Assembly (NCBI GenBank): GCA_026770705.1
Contig: JANJGN010000052.1
Coordinates: forward strand, 62,001-126,000
DNA length: 64,000 nt
From: Isurus oxyrinchus
Lineage: Eukaryota
Direction: 5' to 3'
Of this stretch, positions 1 to 11,757 are shown in pieces. The notes beneath the pieces were generated by a model, which made no database searches, was not told where the DNA came from, and saw nothing but the letters and a program-made list of their open reading frames with translations. The position numbers were made by a program, and so were the translations under genes. Numbering within the stretch: the first letter of the stretch is position 1; each line of letters opens with the position of its first letter.

Positions 1-241
1 CTCTCTGCAGTAAAGACAAAAACAGAATTACCTGGAAAAACTCAGTAGGTCTGGCAGCATCGGCGGAGAAGAAAAGAGTTGACGTTTCGAGTCCTCATGA
101 CCCTTCGACAGAACTCGAAGGGTCATGAGGACTCGAAACGTTAACTCTTTTCTTCTCCGCCGATGCTGCCAGACCTACTGAGTTTTTCCAGGTAATTCTG
201 TTTTTGTTTTAGATTTCCAGCATCCGCAGTTTTCTTTGTTT
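1..241. mobile_element. Palindromic Penelope-like retroelement end (tail-to-tail inverted repeat)
   Basis: Near-perfect ~94-bp inverted arms (about 15-108 and 115-208) around a 6-nt centre. Related sequence recurs at ~26620-26715, 33615-33765 and 40600-40695. Family assignment is by recognition, not by search. Confidence 0.6.
76..116 (-). ncRNA. Minimal type I hammerhead-ribozyme-like motif with variant core
   Basis: Minus strand reads gagtt-CTGTCGA-a-gggtc-atgag-gactc-GAAA-c-GTC-aactc. Helix I is gagtt/aactc, stem II is gggtc/gactc, stem III is the palindrome ACGT, with a GUC triplet. Core is CUGUCGA instead of CUGANGA. Confidence 0.45.
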
Positions 242-706
242 TCAACTCTGCAGTAAAGAATTCCACACATTCACTACCCTCTGAGAGAAGAAACTCCTCA
301 TCTCTGTCTTAAATGGGTGACCCCTTACTCGGAGATTATGCCCTCTGGTCCTAGACTCTCCCACAAGGGGAAACAACCTCTCAGCATCTACCCTGTCAAG
401 CACCCTAAGAATCTTATATGTTTCAATAAGGTCAGCTCTCATTCTCCTAAACTCCAATGAGTACAGGCCCATCCTACTCAACCTCTCCTCATATGAAAAT
501 CGCTCCATTACTGGGATCAACCTAGTGAACCTTCTCGGGACTGCCTCCAATGCCAGTACATCTTTCCTTAGATAAGGGAACCAAAACTGCTCACAGTATT
601 CTAGGTGTGGTCTAACTAGTGCCTTGTATAGTTTTAGCAAGGCTTCCCTATTTTTATACTCCATTCCCTTTGAAATAAAGGCCAACATTCCAAATACTAT
701 GTGCAT
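242..706 (-). mobile_element. CR1 LINE ORF2 3' fragment
   Basis: LYKALVRPHLEYC...LEAVPRRFTRLIP...YEERL...RRMRADLIETYKI...TRGH...FFSQRVVNVWNSL is the typical CR1 ORF2 C-terminus. Confidence 0.9.
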
Positions 707-934
707 TTAAGTAAAGAGCCATTAATTTTGTCTTTTTATCATTTCCCCCCCTCTGACACTATTTGCTGATGTATTTTTATGTTTGGACACTGTGTCCCTT
801 CCTGTCACACACTGGGTATCATTGCCAAAACAGCTATCCTGCAATGCTAATAAATCCTTTTGGTTTGTAACTGAACATATACCCTCTCCAGAAACATTCG
901 CCCCACACTCTATTTAGTTTAAAGCCAATAGTGA

Positions 935-1850
935 GGTAGTGCAGCACTGTCAAAGGGTCAGTACTGAGGGAGTGCTGCATGTGGGAGGGTCAGTACTGAG
1001 GGAGTGCTGCACTGTGGGAGGGTCAGTACTGAGGGAGTGCTGCATGTGGGAGGGTCAGTACTGAGGGAGTGCTGCACTGTGGGAGGGTGAGTACTGAGGG
1101 AGTGCTGCATGTGGGAGGGTCAGTACTGAGGGAGTGCTGCACTGTGGGAGGGTCAGTACTGAGTGAGTGCTGCATGTGGGAGGGTCAGTACTGAGAGAGT
1201 GCTGCACTGTGGGAGGGTCAGTACTGAGTGAGTGCTGCATGTGGGAGGGTCAGTACTGAGGGAATGCTGCACTGTCAGAGGTTCAGTACTGTGGAAGTGC
1301 TGCACTGTGGGTGGGGGGGAGATTCTGTACTGTGGAAGTGCAGCACTGTTTGAAGGACTCGACCGAGGATCTGTTGTATTTTCAGATGGTCAGTCAGGAG
1401 GGAGATATGAAATGTTAGATTTTCAGTCCTGACGGAGCACTGCAGAGTTGGAGGGTCAGCAGTGAAGGAGTGCTGCACTGTCGGAGAGTCAGTACTGAGG
1501 GATTGTTTCATTATTGGAGGGTCAGTACTGAGGCAGTGCTGCACTGTCAGAGGGTCAGTACTGAGGGAGTGCTGCAATGTCAGAGGGTCAGTACTGAGGG
1601 AGAGCTGCAATTTCAGCAGGTCAGTACTGAGGGAGTGCTGCACTGTCAGAGGGTCAGTACTGAGGGAGCGCTACACTGTCAGAGGGTCAGTGCTGAGGGA
1701 GTTCTGCACTGTTGGAGGGTCAGTACTGAGGGATTGCTGCACTGTTGGAGGATCAGTACTGAGGGAGTGCTGCACTGTCAGGCGGTCAGTACTGAGGGAG
1801 TGCTGCACTGTCAGGCGGTCAGTACTGAGGGAGTGCTGCACTGTCAGGGG
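935..1850. repeat. ~33-bp minisatellite arrays (agtactgagggagtgctgcactgtcggagggtc)
   Basis: Tandem copies directly visible; they generate the spurious RECCTVGGSVL / VQHSLSTDPPT ORFs. Confidence 0.95.
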
Positions 1851-2070
1851 GTTAGTATATTGTGAATGATGCTCTGCTCTATCAGCTTCTTGGCTGGAAA
1901 AAAAAGCTCCAGTGTTAATGTTCAGAAACTGTCATTAACTGTTTTCTGGTTAGTGTTTTTCCCTAAACTACAGATGATCTGGTTCTCATCAGAATACCTT
2001 TCTATGAGATCCTGCTGTGCACAATATAGACTGTTCCAGCGAATGTATAATGAAGGATGTCCATACTTAC

Positions 2071-2367
2071 CTTGTACAGTTAGTACGAGGGTCCGCTCCG
2101 ATGAAACAGATGGATATCTCACTCTGCAGCTGAGAGTGTGTCCATGGTGTTTGAGTGATGGGGTCAGGGTCAGAACAGAAGTATAGGTCAGAGTGACACC
2201 ATGCTGAGTTACAGTGTTTGAGACTGATCCAGGTACGTCAGTGGGAGTGTCCCAGGTTAAGACAGGTGCTGCTGTTCCATTGCACGTTGTGTTGAAGGTG
2301 CAGCTTACATCCACAGGCTTTCCTGCAATAATTTCAGCAGGGAATATCGTGGGTTTATCTGTGAAAT
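2071..2367 (-). CDS. Siglec-like gene A, domain-2 C2-set Ig exon (gene continues off the left edge)
   Basis: tctgttag| acceptor and CAAG|gtaagt donor, 297 nt, phase 1-1. DFTDKPTIFPAEIIAGKPVDVSCTFNTTCNGTAAPVLTW...TSVLTLTPSLKHHGHTLSCRVRYP...LTVQ matches the Siglec domain-2 pattern, including the extra interdomain Cys. Confidence 0.9.
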
Positions 2368-2767
2368 CTAACAGACGGAGAATGGATCCTTTTAGAGAAA
2401 TATAACGTGAAGCATCAGTTCAAATAGAAATCACAGTCCCACAAGAGAAAGCACCTTTGCAAGGATGATATCAGAACTGAGAGGTTACAATGATCAGGAA
2501 ATTATTTTAAACAGGATTAGAGAGATCGATGAGAGTGGATAACCTGATAACTTTGATGGACACAGTCAATACATTTAATCATTGATATTAAAGTGAGTAT
2601 TAGAGGTTCCTTTAGGACTGAACTGGAAGCTATCAGCAAGTTATTGAGAATCAGACAGTGTGTTATAATAAGCTGTGTTTTGTGTTAATATGTAAACGTC
2701 ACAGTTTGTGTTAATTCCCATTGAGTGTTGAATGTGAATTGTTGAGTAATTATAACACAGCACTTAC

Positions 2768-3136
2768 CAGAAACGTGAAGCTGGGTTACAGGATAGTAGT
2801 TGTAACTATTACTGCTGTCAAATTCTATCCTGAAAAAATAAGGTCCTGCATCTTCCCGTCTGATGTTGTTTATAATCAGGGAACAGTCGCCATCTTTCAG
2901 GTCTCCAGACAGCCGGGTCCGATGGTGGAACCGTGGTAACTCGTGACTGTGATCCTTGGAGTGAAAGGCAATGGGAGATCCAGGAATCTGATTCTCATTA
3001 TTAAACCAGACTCCGACTCGTGGTTGGCTTTCCAAATGTGATGGATAACTGTAATGACATGGAATCTGTACACACGAATCTTCCTGCGCTGTCACCTCTC
3101 GTGGAGTGTCACCTTTCCACTCTTGTGACAGTCCAA
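2768..3136 (-). CDS. Siglec-like gene A, V-set Ig exon
   Basis: ctccccag| acceptor and TCTG|gtaagt donor, 369 nt, phase 1-1. Siglec hallmarks SCVQIPC, DCSLII and F-strand PYFFRIE with the essential Arg (codon 2829-2831). Confidence 0.92.
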
Positions 3137-3388
3137 CTGGGGAGAGAAATATCAATATTTAACTCTGGATGGTTTGTAGATCCACTAGACTCGATATCCA
3201 CCCCGTCCATCACTGGGGCACAGTGGCTGCAGTGTGGACCATCTACAGGACACACAGGGATCTCCCCAAGGTTTCACAATGGATGGAAGAGAATCCTGGA
3301 CACAGGAGTGGACAAGTTCATTCTACATTGGCTCATGGTCCTCAGGACCCTGTTTAGTGAAGCCAGTCTTCCACCCAACACAGTGTCT

Positions 3389-3680
3389 CCAAGTCATGTG
3401 TTTTTCAAATTATCCGTTCATGGGATGTGCCCAGCATTTATTACCCATCCCATGTCCATCAGAGGCATTTAAGAATCAATTCTATTGCTGTGGGTTTGGA
3501 GTGACATGTAGGCCAGACTGGGTAAGGGTGGAGATTTCCTTCCCTGAAGGGGATCAGTGAACCAGGCTTTTTAATCCCATTCATCTGCTGTGATGGGATT
3601 TACACCCAGGGCCCCAGAGCATCACCCTGGGCCTCTGGAATACTAGCCCAGTGACAATGCCTCTCTACTGCCGCTTCCCC
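3389..3680 (-). mobile_element. SINE-like insertion flanked by an exact 35-bp direct repeat
   Basis: ttagtgaagccagtcttccacccaacacagtgtct occurs at 3354-3388 and 3681-3715. The paralogous intron of gene B (~53938-53975) has one copy and no insert. Confidence 0.7.
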
Positions 3681-3894
3681 TTAGTGAAGCCAGTCTTCCA
3701 CCCAACACAGTGTCTACGAGACCCACCCATTGAGATCCATTCAGTGCTGATTTACAAGACAGGACAATGGATTAGGAGCCCTCAGAACTCCCCCCATTAT
3801 CACCGTCATGAATCACTAATTAGCCTAACATTCCTGTTTGCTCTTCAACACAGCTGATTAGCTAATCTGGTTCAATCTGATTGGTGCACTTTGT

Positions 3895-3995
3895 ATCTTC
3901 ATTGTCTAAGGAATCACTTTGGACCCTCATTGTCTGAGGAATCTCTTTGGATCCTCATTGTCTAAGGAATCTCTTTGGATCCTCATTGTCTAATG
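3895..3995. repeat. 29-bp tandem repeat, about 3.5 copies
   Basis: ctcattgtctaaggaatctctttggatcc repeated. Confidence 0.85.
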
Positions 3996-5169
3996 GATTA
4001 TTTCTGATCCAAACCCCATATTGTTGTATTGTTGATTCCGATGCAGCATTGTAGACTGACTTGTCCCCAAGCTCAGCACTGACCCTACTCCAGCAGACAC
4101 TGTGAAACACACTAACAAAGTGCCTCTAGCCTGAGCTCTGCATGTGTCGGAGGTGCCGCTGCGGTGGGTTCATGACTTTCAAAGATGGTGTTGTTTATTT
4201 GTTCAAACTGAACTGGGCCCCACATGAAACGCTGCTACCAGAAACTTCTTGTTCCCTGTCCTTCTGAAACATCTGTGATTCAGCAGGATTCTGAAGTTTT
4301 GCTGACAAGGGTCTTAAATTGTCTGATTGTTGAATGATACAACACAGGAGGAGCTCATTTGACCCATCGTGCATGTGCTGGCTCTTTCCCAATTCCTCTC
4401 CAGCACCTTTCACACATCCCTGCAAATTTCCCTTCAAGTATTTATCCAGTTCCCCTTCTGAAAGTTCCTGTTGAATCTGCTTCCACCGCCCTTTCAGGCA
4501 GTGAGTCAATGGTGTCTCTCTGAGCTGCAAAGTGCTCAAATTCTGTGAGATTTAAACTGTGCAGCAGATCAGAGACACTCATGATAACTCAGAATATTTG
4601 ACAGTTTTACACACAGACAGCTTTGCCTCCCTTCTCTCTTTCAGTTATCTTGTTCCCTTATTGAAGTATCTAGCAAGGTGAGAATGGACAGGAAGTGTGA
4701 CACTGAACAGCCTGTCTATTCTAGGAGCTGCTGTGTTGTCTTCATGGACAATTTTGAATAAAGGCAGCAAAGGACACAAATTTCAGGCCATTGCTATCGG
4801 AGACCTCGCAGCAGGATAGTCTTCATCCCCCAGTTTTTATCTTTGCTTCTCTACTCAACCCATCACTCCCCATCGCTCACTGACCAACGTCTGACAGCAC
4901 CTGAATTTTAAGATCCTGCTCTCGCTGCTACAATTCTGCTGAACTTTGTAACGTCCTCCAGTCCCTACAACTCTCTGAGATCTCTGATCACTTCCAATTC
5001 TGCTGTCACACAGGGAGTCAGTGTATATCAGTGAGCACAGGGGTGATGGGTGAATGGGACTTGGTGTGTGTTTGTACACTGGATCACTGCTGAATCGGTT
5101 CCCAATCACAGCTCAATAAGAATGATCCTTGACAGAGACTATTAACATTAAATCTGATGATGATATTAC

Positions 5170-5209
5170 CTTGGAGAAGTGACAGGAGGAAGTAAGATTT
5201 CCTGATCAT
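5170..5209 (-). CDS. Siglec-like gene A, leader exon coding part (whole exon 5170-5249)
   Basis: ctttcacag| acceptor. ATG ATC AGG AAA TCT TAC TTC CTC CTG TCA CTT CTC CAA G|gtaata gives MIRKSYFLLSLLQ, phase 1, joining VGLSQEW of the V exon. A paralogous exon lies at 61449-61528. Confidence 0.88.
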
Positions 5210-5642
5210 TGTCCACTCCCAGATATTCCATCCACTTCTCACTCTCAAACTGTGAAAGAGAAAGGAGTTAATGAGACCTCACCTCTTGTCCGACAGCTCT
5301 CGAGAGATCAGAACTCCTTTTAGACAATGACTTCAAAGACTAATTTGATTTCCTGTGGGATGATAGGTGTTCTGCAGAGAGTTAAAAGGCTTTAAGAATG
5401 AAAAACAATGAAGGGCTTGCATTTCTATAGCACCTTTCACCAGCTCAGGGCATCCCATTTTCCTCATCCCTTGAGCTAGAAAGATGTTCTGTACGACAGA
5501 CTTGAGCCTCACACCCAGATCTCAATAAACAGTAGAAATCTTTCAAAGGCATCAATCATTGGAATCTGTCTTTATAAAGTCACAACATCAACAAAGGACG
5601 GTGTTGGTCGTGGAAGTGAATTCCAATTGTTCCGTTACTTAC

Positions 5643-5790
5643 CCAGGACCTGTCCGACTGCTCGCCTGGGGAGGAACTGCCCACACGCTCTGCTTGGGCT
5701 GAATGACCTCTTCCTGTGCTCCTCCCTCTGTGTATTTAATTAGAAAGGGTGAATGTGTCTCTGTGAGTCAAAATGTGAGTTGGTTTGTGT
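5643..5790 (-). other. Probable 5' UTR exon of gene A (5' end uncertain)
   Basis: Strong CTGG|gtaagt donor at 5643, conserved together with flanking sequence in gene B (61937). Confidence 0.5.
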
Positions 5791-6546
5791 GAATTTGAGA
5801 AACCAACTCTCTGTCTTCCACCGTAAGCAAACTGGTAACCCCTTTGGTGTCAAGAATGTGGTTGAATTGCCTCTTCCTGTTCCTGTGTAACAGTCTCGAG
5901 GGGCTGAATGGGCCTCCTCCTGTTCCTGTGTAACAGGCTCGAGGGGGCTGAATGGCCGCTCCAGTTCCTGTGTAACAGGCTCGAGGGGCTGAATGGCCTC
6001 CTTCTGCTCTGTAAACTTGTTGTGATTCTGTAACTGCCTCTGTTTTTAAATTCAGCTGAATCGTCAGCTCTTCAGTCTCTTCCTTGTATCTCTGGATTCA
6101 GTCCCAAGGGAGTGCTGCACTGTCAGTGGGTCAGTACTGGGGGAGTGCTGCACTGTCAAAGGGTCAGTACTGAGGAAGTGCTGCACTGTCAGAACTGCCA
6201 TAGTTCGGATGATGTTTGAAATTAGCAACATGTCTCGTGTAAAATAAATCATCAGCTCTATATAAATAGATTGTCCTGTACGTTTCACTTTACTGCAAAT
6301 TGTTCATGGTTTCATTTCCTTGTTAACCAGGCTCATGTGATGACTATTTTTAAATAATGTTTGTTATTTGGAACAAGGGGCCATGCCTGAACAGATAACT
6401 GGCGGATCAAGCAGCTGGGATTTTTCTTGAACCTGGCTTCATTCAGATGTTTGCTGCTGGACATGAGATCATTAATGTGTGAATGTAGAATCGGAGTCAC
6501 CTCAGTGAACAGCAGCATTGGTTGAACAGTCTGATCTGCAATAAGA

Positions 6547-8773
6547 ACTGCTGAACACAATGTCTATTCAGAACAGCTCGGTCCCCGATCAGAGAAACAG
6601 CCTCAGACAGAACCAACTGACGCTGGAATCCATACAATTCATCAACGTGTTGGGAGTTAGTTTGATGTTGGAGATGGAGTGTTACTGGGAAGGAGGGAAC
6701 CCGTCAGGATGAACAGCTCGATGTACGACAAGGAAAGGATGAGATAAGAGGGGTTGGCCACGGACAGACGGAGCATGTGAAGACTCAACAAGCTAATGGC
6801 AGGTGAAGAGCTGGAAAGGTGTCTTTTCAACACAAGGTTTAGACACAGAACTCGATGTTTGATTGGGTATTTCAAACCAGAGAAACTCTTTACAGGGTGA
6901 ATGGACCTTGTCAATAATCCATCCAGCCAACCTCGCCTGGAGATTAGTCCAATATTAGACACTAAACCGAGTCCCCCGTCTGCCCTCTCGGGCGGGTGTG
7001 AAAGATCCCACAGCCACTATTTGGAGGAAGAGCAAGGGGGAATTCTCCCCGGTGTCCTGGCACCAATATTTATCCCTCAACCAACATCACCAAAAACAGG
7101 TGATCACATTGCTGTTTGTGGGAGCTTGCTGTGCGCTAATTGGCTGCTGCGTTTCCTACATTACAACAGTAACCACACTTCGAAAAAAGGGTGAACTCAA
7201 CTGTAAAGTGTTCTGGTACATCCAGAGACCATGCTATACAGAAGAGATTTGACAGGAGCAGCAAGTGTTTTACTTACAGGAGAATGAGTCCCCAGGGTTG
7301 TAGAGTCAATCCTGTCAGATGAATGTCTAACTGGAGACACTTCAGGGAGCTGATCTAATTCTGGAAATGTTCAGTTTAGCAGGATCGGAGGAGAGATGAT
7401 CTTCCTCTCCTGACTGCATCGGACACGAGGTGAACTGGCTCTGGGAGGAGGGTCAGTGTTAACCCAGTTTTTCTGTGTTTGAGGGAGATGTGAAACTGGG
7501 GAAGTCACGTGGTTTTTTGGTGTGGTCACTCCATGTCTTTATTTGGTGCAGCACTCATTTAGTTCCTGTCGTTGTTTCAATGCTACAAAACCACAGCGCA
7601 TTCTGGACTATTTCTGCCTGACCTGCTGTCAGATACACACAGTCTGACAGAGAGGTGGAAAAGTGGTCCCTAGCAACGTGTGAAACTGTGAACTCGACTC
7701 AGTCAGAATGCACACACATACACACACACACACAAACACACACACACACTCACACACACACACACACATTTTCTCTTGTTCATTCTTTTAAACACACACT
7801 CCCTCTCAAACACGCACACCCTCTCTCGCACACTCCCTCTCTCAAACACATACACCCTCTCTCTCAAACACACACACACACGCTCTCATGCACACGCTCT
7901 CTCACATACACACTCTCTCTTTCACACACACACTATCTAACACACACAGATTCTCTCTCTATCTTTCTCTCTCACACATAAGCTCTCTCTCTAACACAAA
8001 CATTCCCTTTCTCTCACACACACTCTCTCTCTCACACAATTCAGCTACCTCTCTCTCTCATGCACACAGACTCTACCTCTCTTTTGCTCTCTCACACATT
8101 TTCTCTTTCTCTCTATCCTTCTCTCTCGCACACATACGCACTGTCACTCTCTCACACACACATTGTCTCTCTTTCTCACACACGCACTCACTCTCTCTCT
8201 CTCTCTCTCTCCAAGACAGCAGGTTGGGGTTTTCAAACCATCTCAAGGTTACAGCTCAAAACCCAGATGGACTCTCCCCAGTGAGGGAGTGCTGAGGGAG
8301 TGCTGCACTGTTGGAAGGTCAATATTGAGGGAGTGCTGCACTGTCAGAGGGTGAGTACTGAGGGAGTGCTGCACTGTCAGGAGGTCAGTACTGAGGGAGA
8401 CCCTGCTCGATCAAAGGGTCAGTACTGAGGCAGTGCTGAACTGTCGGAGGGTCAGTACTGAGGGAGTGCTGCACTGTCAGAGGGTCAGTACTGAGGGAGT
8501 GCTGCACTGTCGGAGGGTCAGTGCTGAGGGAGTGCTGCACTGTCGGAGGGTGAGCGCTGAGGGAAAGCTGCTCTGTCAGACCTGCCATATTTCAGATGAT
8601 GTTTGAAATTAACAACATGCCTCATGTATAATTATATATCATCAGCTCAAAATAAATAGATTATTCCTGTACGTTTCACTTTACTGTAAATTGTTGGCAG
8701 TTTCATTTCCTTAGAAACCAGGCTTGTGTGATCACTATTTTTAAATAACATTAATAATTAAGATGCAACAATA
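6547..8773 (+). repeat. Left arm of a >2-kb inverted segmental duplication (partner 22977-25395)
   Basis: Unique sequence, SINE, microsatellite and minisatellite blocks recur in reverse-complement order; ORFs 6901..7194(+) and 24757..25050(-) are nearly identical. Confidence 0.9.
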
Positions 8774-8942
8774 NNNNNNNNNNNNNNNNNNNNNNNNNNN
8801 NNNNNNNNNNNNNNNNNNNNNNNNNNNNNNNNNNNNNNNNNNNNNNNNNNNNNNNNNNNNNNNNNNNNNNNNNNNNNNNNNNNNNNNNNNNNNNNNNNNN
8901 NNNNNNNNNNNNNNNNNNNNNNNNNNNNNNNNNNNNNNNNNN
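8774..8942. other. Assembly gap (others at 12710-12874, 21615-21749, 24039-24258)
   Basis: Runs of N, each next to a CA/TG microsatellite. Confidence 1.
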
Positions 8943-9062
8943 ATAGACTCACTCAGACACACACACACACTCACATATGTTCACACTGACACACGCTCGC
9001 GCAGGCAGACACACTCATGCTCACACAGACAGGCAGAGAGACAGCCACACACACACACACAT

Positions 9063-9870
9063 GTCAGAAATAAAAAGTTAGAGTCCAATAAAAATTTAAA
9101 TGAATATATGATTGATAGCTTTGCTTGTCTTCGAGGTGTAGATTGTTGAAGTTTGCAAAGTTGATTGGTTTCCTGTGGCATCCTTGTGGTGATTTGATTC
9201 AGATTTGGACTTGTTGAAGATGCTCTGTTAGCTTCAGAAAGAGAGAGAGAGAGAGAGAGAGAGAATTTCTGCTTTTTTCCAGCAGTGTTTTTGAGTGACT
9301 GCCATCTTTCCTTTTCCTCCTACTTTCTCTTATATCTGCTTGACAGAACCTGTTGTTAAACTCCTGTCTGTATATTCCCAAAAGGGAATTCGATCAGCAT
9401 GTCTTGCACTCATTGTTACAGACCAAGTAATCCCATTTTTTGATCTTTGCATCTCTGAAACATTTGATGCATTTCAAGATATAAATCAACAGGAGATGGA
9501 GACATTTCATCCTCCACAAGGGGTTTTGAATGATTGATGAATATCTGCATAGTGAGCAGTTCCCATTATCTTGATAGACCTATAGTGATCAAAGCCCAGC
9601 ACTTTGCATTTTTAAGGGAGTCCCAGTTTCAAGTGGACCCTGACACATCTCAGTGAGAACCTTCATGCAACATGTCTGTAGTGCAATTCATTTGAAGGTT
9701 TCCAGAGAAGTGATCAAGTTTGCAGTATCAGCAATCAGGTGACTCGTGACAGCCATTTTTGATCAGAGCCTAATCTTGTACTTTTGAAAAACAGGTCTCC
9801 TTTAAACAGTTCAATACATTTTTGGCTTGTTGGTTAAGTTGAAGGAAGCTCTGTTATGACATAACAGATG
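9063..9870. repeat. ~800-bp dispersed repeat, LTR-like; direct copy at ~11790-12605, partial copy at ~10410-10590
   Basis: Collinear similarity, e.g. gactgccat..ttcc, aagggaattc.atcagcatg, ttgatgcatttcaagatataaatcaac, aaacaggtc..tttaaacagttcaatacat. Confidence 0.7.
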
Positions 9871-11705
9871 GTAAATGCTGAGCTGTTCAAATCCTGGAGG
9901 GAAACTTGAAACAACTGTCACAACTAATTTCCAACTTGTATGTTTTGAGATGTGGGCTTTGAATTCAGTAGTAATGAGGTTAAGAGGTTTAACAGGTAAT
10001 TCTGTTCACCTCAACAGGTTCACCACTTGTCTGATACAGTCAGGAGAGGGAGATCATCTCTCTTCCGATCCTGGTAAACTGAACATTTCCAGAATTAGAT
10101 CAGCTCCCTGAAGTGTCTCCAGTTAGTCATTCATCTGACAGGATTGACTCTACAACCCTGGGGACTCATTCTCCTGTAAGTAAAACACTTGCTGCTCCAG
10201 TCAAATCTCTTCTGTACAGCATGGTCTCTGGATGTCCCAGAACACTTTACAATAGAGTTCACCCTTTTTTCGGTGTGAGAGGATTTTATAAAACTAAATT
10301 AAACATTGATTAACAAGAAAAAATGATTTTTAAGCATACACATCTGTCTATAAATTACTACTATAATAACTTCTAAATCCCTTAATTAATTTAACTTCCA
10401 TTTACACACGTCAGAATTAAAAAGTTAGAGTCCGACAAAAATTTGAAAGAATATATGATTAATACCTTTGCTTGTCTTTGAGGCGTAGATTGCTGAAGTT
10501 TGCAGCTGTTCAAAGTTAATTGGTTACCTGTGGCATCCTGGTGGTTATTTGATTCAGATTTGCATTTTGTTGAAGACGCTCTGTTATCTCTGTTAAGGCA
10601 ACAGTAAAATACAGAGATTTTAAATGTCCCAGGAACAGTAAACGATACGCTGAACAGTTGAGTTCAAAGTGAATTCTCTTAACTTCAGTCCCTGGAGGCA
10701 GCAGCTTGGTACATGCAGGCTGAAGGCTTTTCATCATTGTAAGATCTTAAAAACACCGACCCTTACACACAGTCTTCACTCCTTGATACATATTTTCCCC
10801 TTTGAATGCAAATTCCCATTGTTTCACTATGTCTTTGGACTTTATTTGTAATAATACAAATCTCTCATAGCCCTAAGTTTTACCAGTAATCTTTGGCAAA
10901 AATAAACACCCTGTTTCTTATCTTCACCTGGCTCGGTGACACATTTCTCTCCTTCTTTGAAAACAATCTTGTTTGGTTTAACTTAAAATGCAAATTGCCC
11001 CCTTTACACTTCACATTCTAAAACTTCCCCATGTTTACCTAATAAACAGTTCAAACCTAACTTCTCTTCTTCCATCAAAACACCCAGACCCCAGCTTCCT
11101 CTAATTCCAATAAGTCTCACACAAACACATCACAGACACATGTGGACACAGACACATGGACTCTATTTTACAATAAATTCCAATAACATTATGGAGATTA
11201 TTATATATTCCTGACTTGCTGTCACTCAGTCACAGTTTCCTGTCAGTGGGACATTATCTTTATTTGTGTGTGTTTGTGTGTGGGTAAGTGGATGTGGGTG
11301 TGTGTGAATGTGTGTGTGTGAGAGTGTGTGTGTGAGAGTGTGTGTGTGTGTGAATGTTGTTACAACTGGGTGACGGGCAGTGAACTGGCTCCCTTTCTAT
11401 TCAACCCCCATGGTTGGTTGCAAAAAGGGTTTAAAATATAGTTTCCCCCAAATGCAATTTCCATAACAAGTCATACACACGCTCACACACAGGCACACAT
11501 ACACACGCTCACACACAGGCACACATACACACGCTCACACACAGGCACACATACACACACTCACACGCAGGCCCACACACACAGACACACAGGTGCACAC
11601 GCATACACACACAAATGCACACAAACACAGACAAGCACAGACACACACCACACTGACACCCACACACAGACAGGCACAGACACACACACACGCTCACACA
11701 GGAAG

Positions 11706-11757
<52 letters not shown>

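Noticed and set aside
7655-8354. His/Thr/Ser/Leu- or Cys/Val-rich ORFs here and near 11.5, 12.6, 20.4, 22.7 and 25.5 kb
   Set aside because: CA/TG/GA microsatellite translations.
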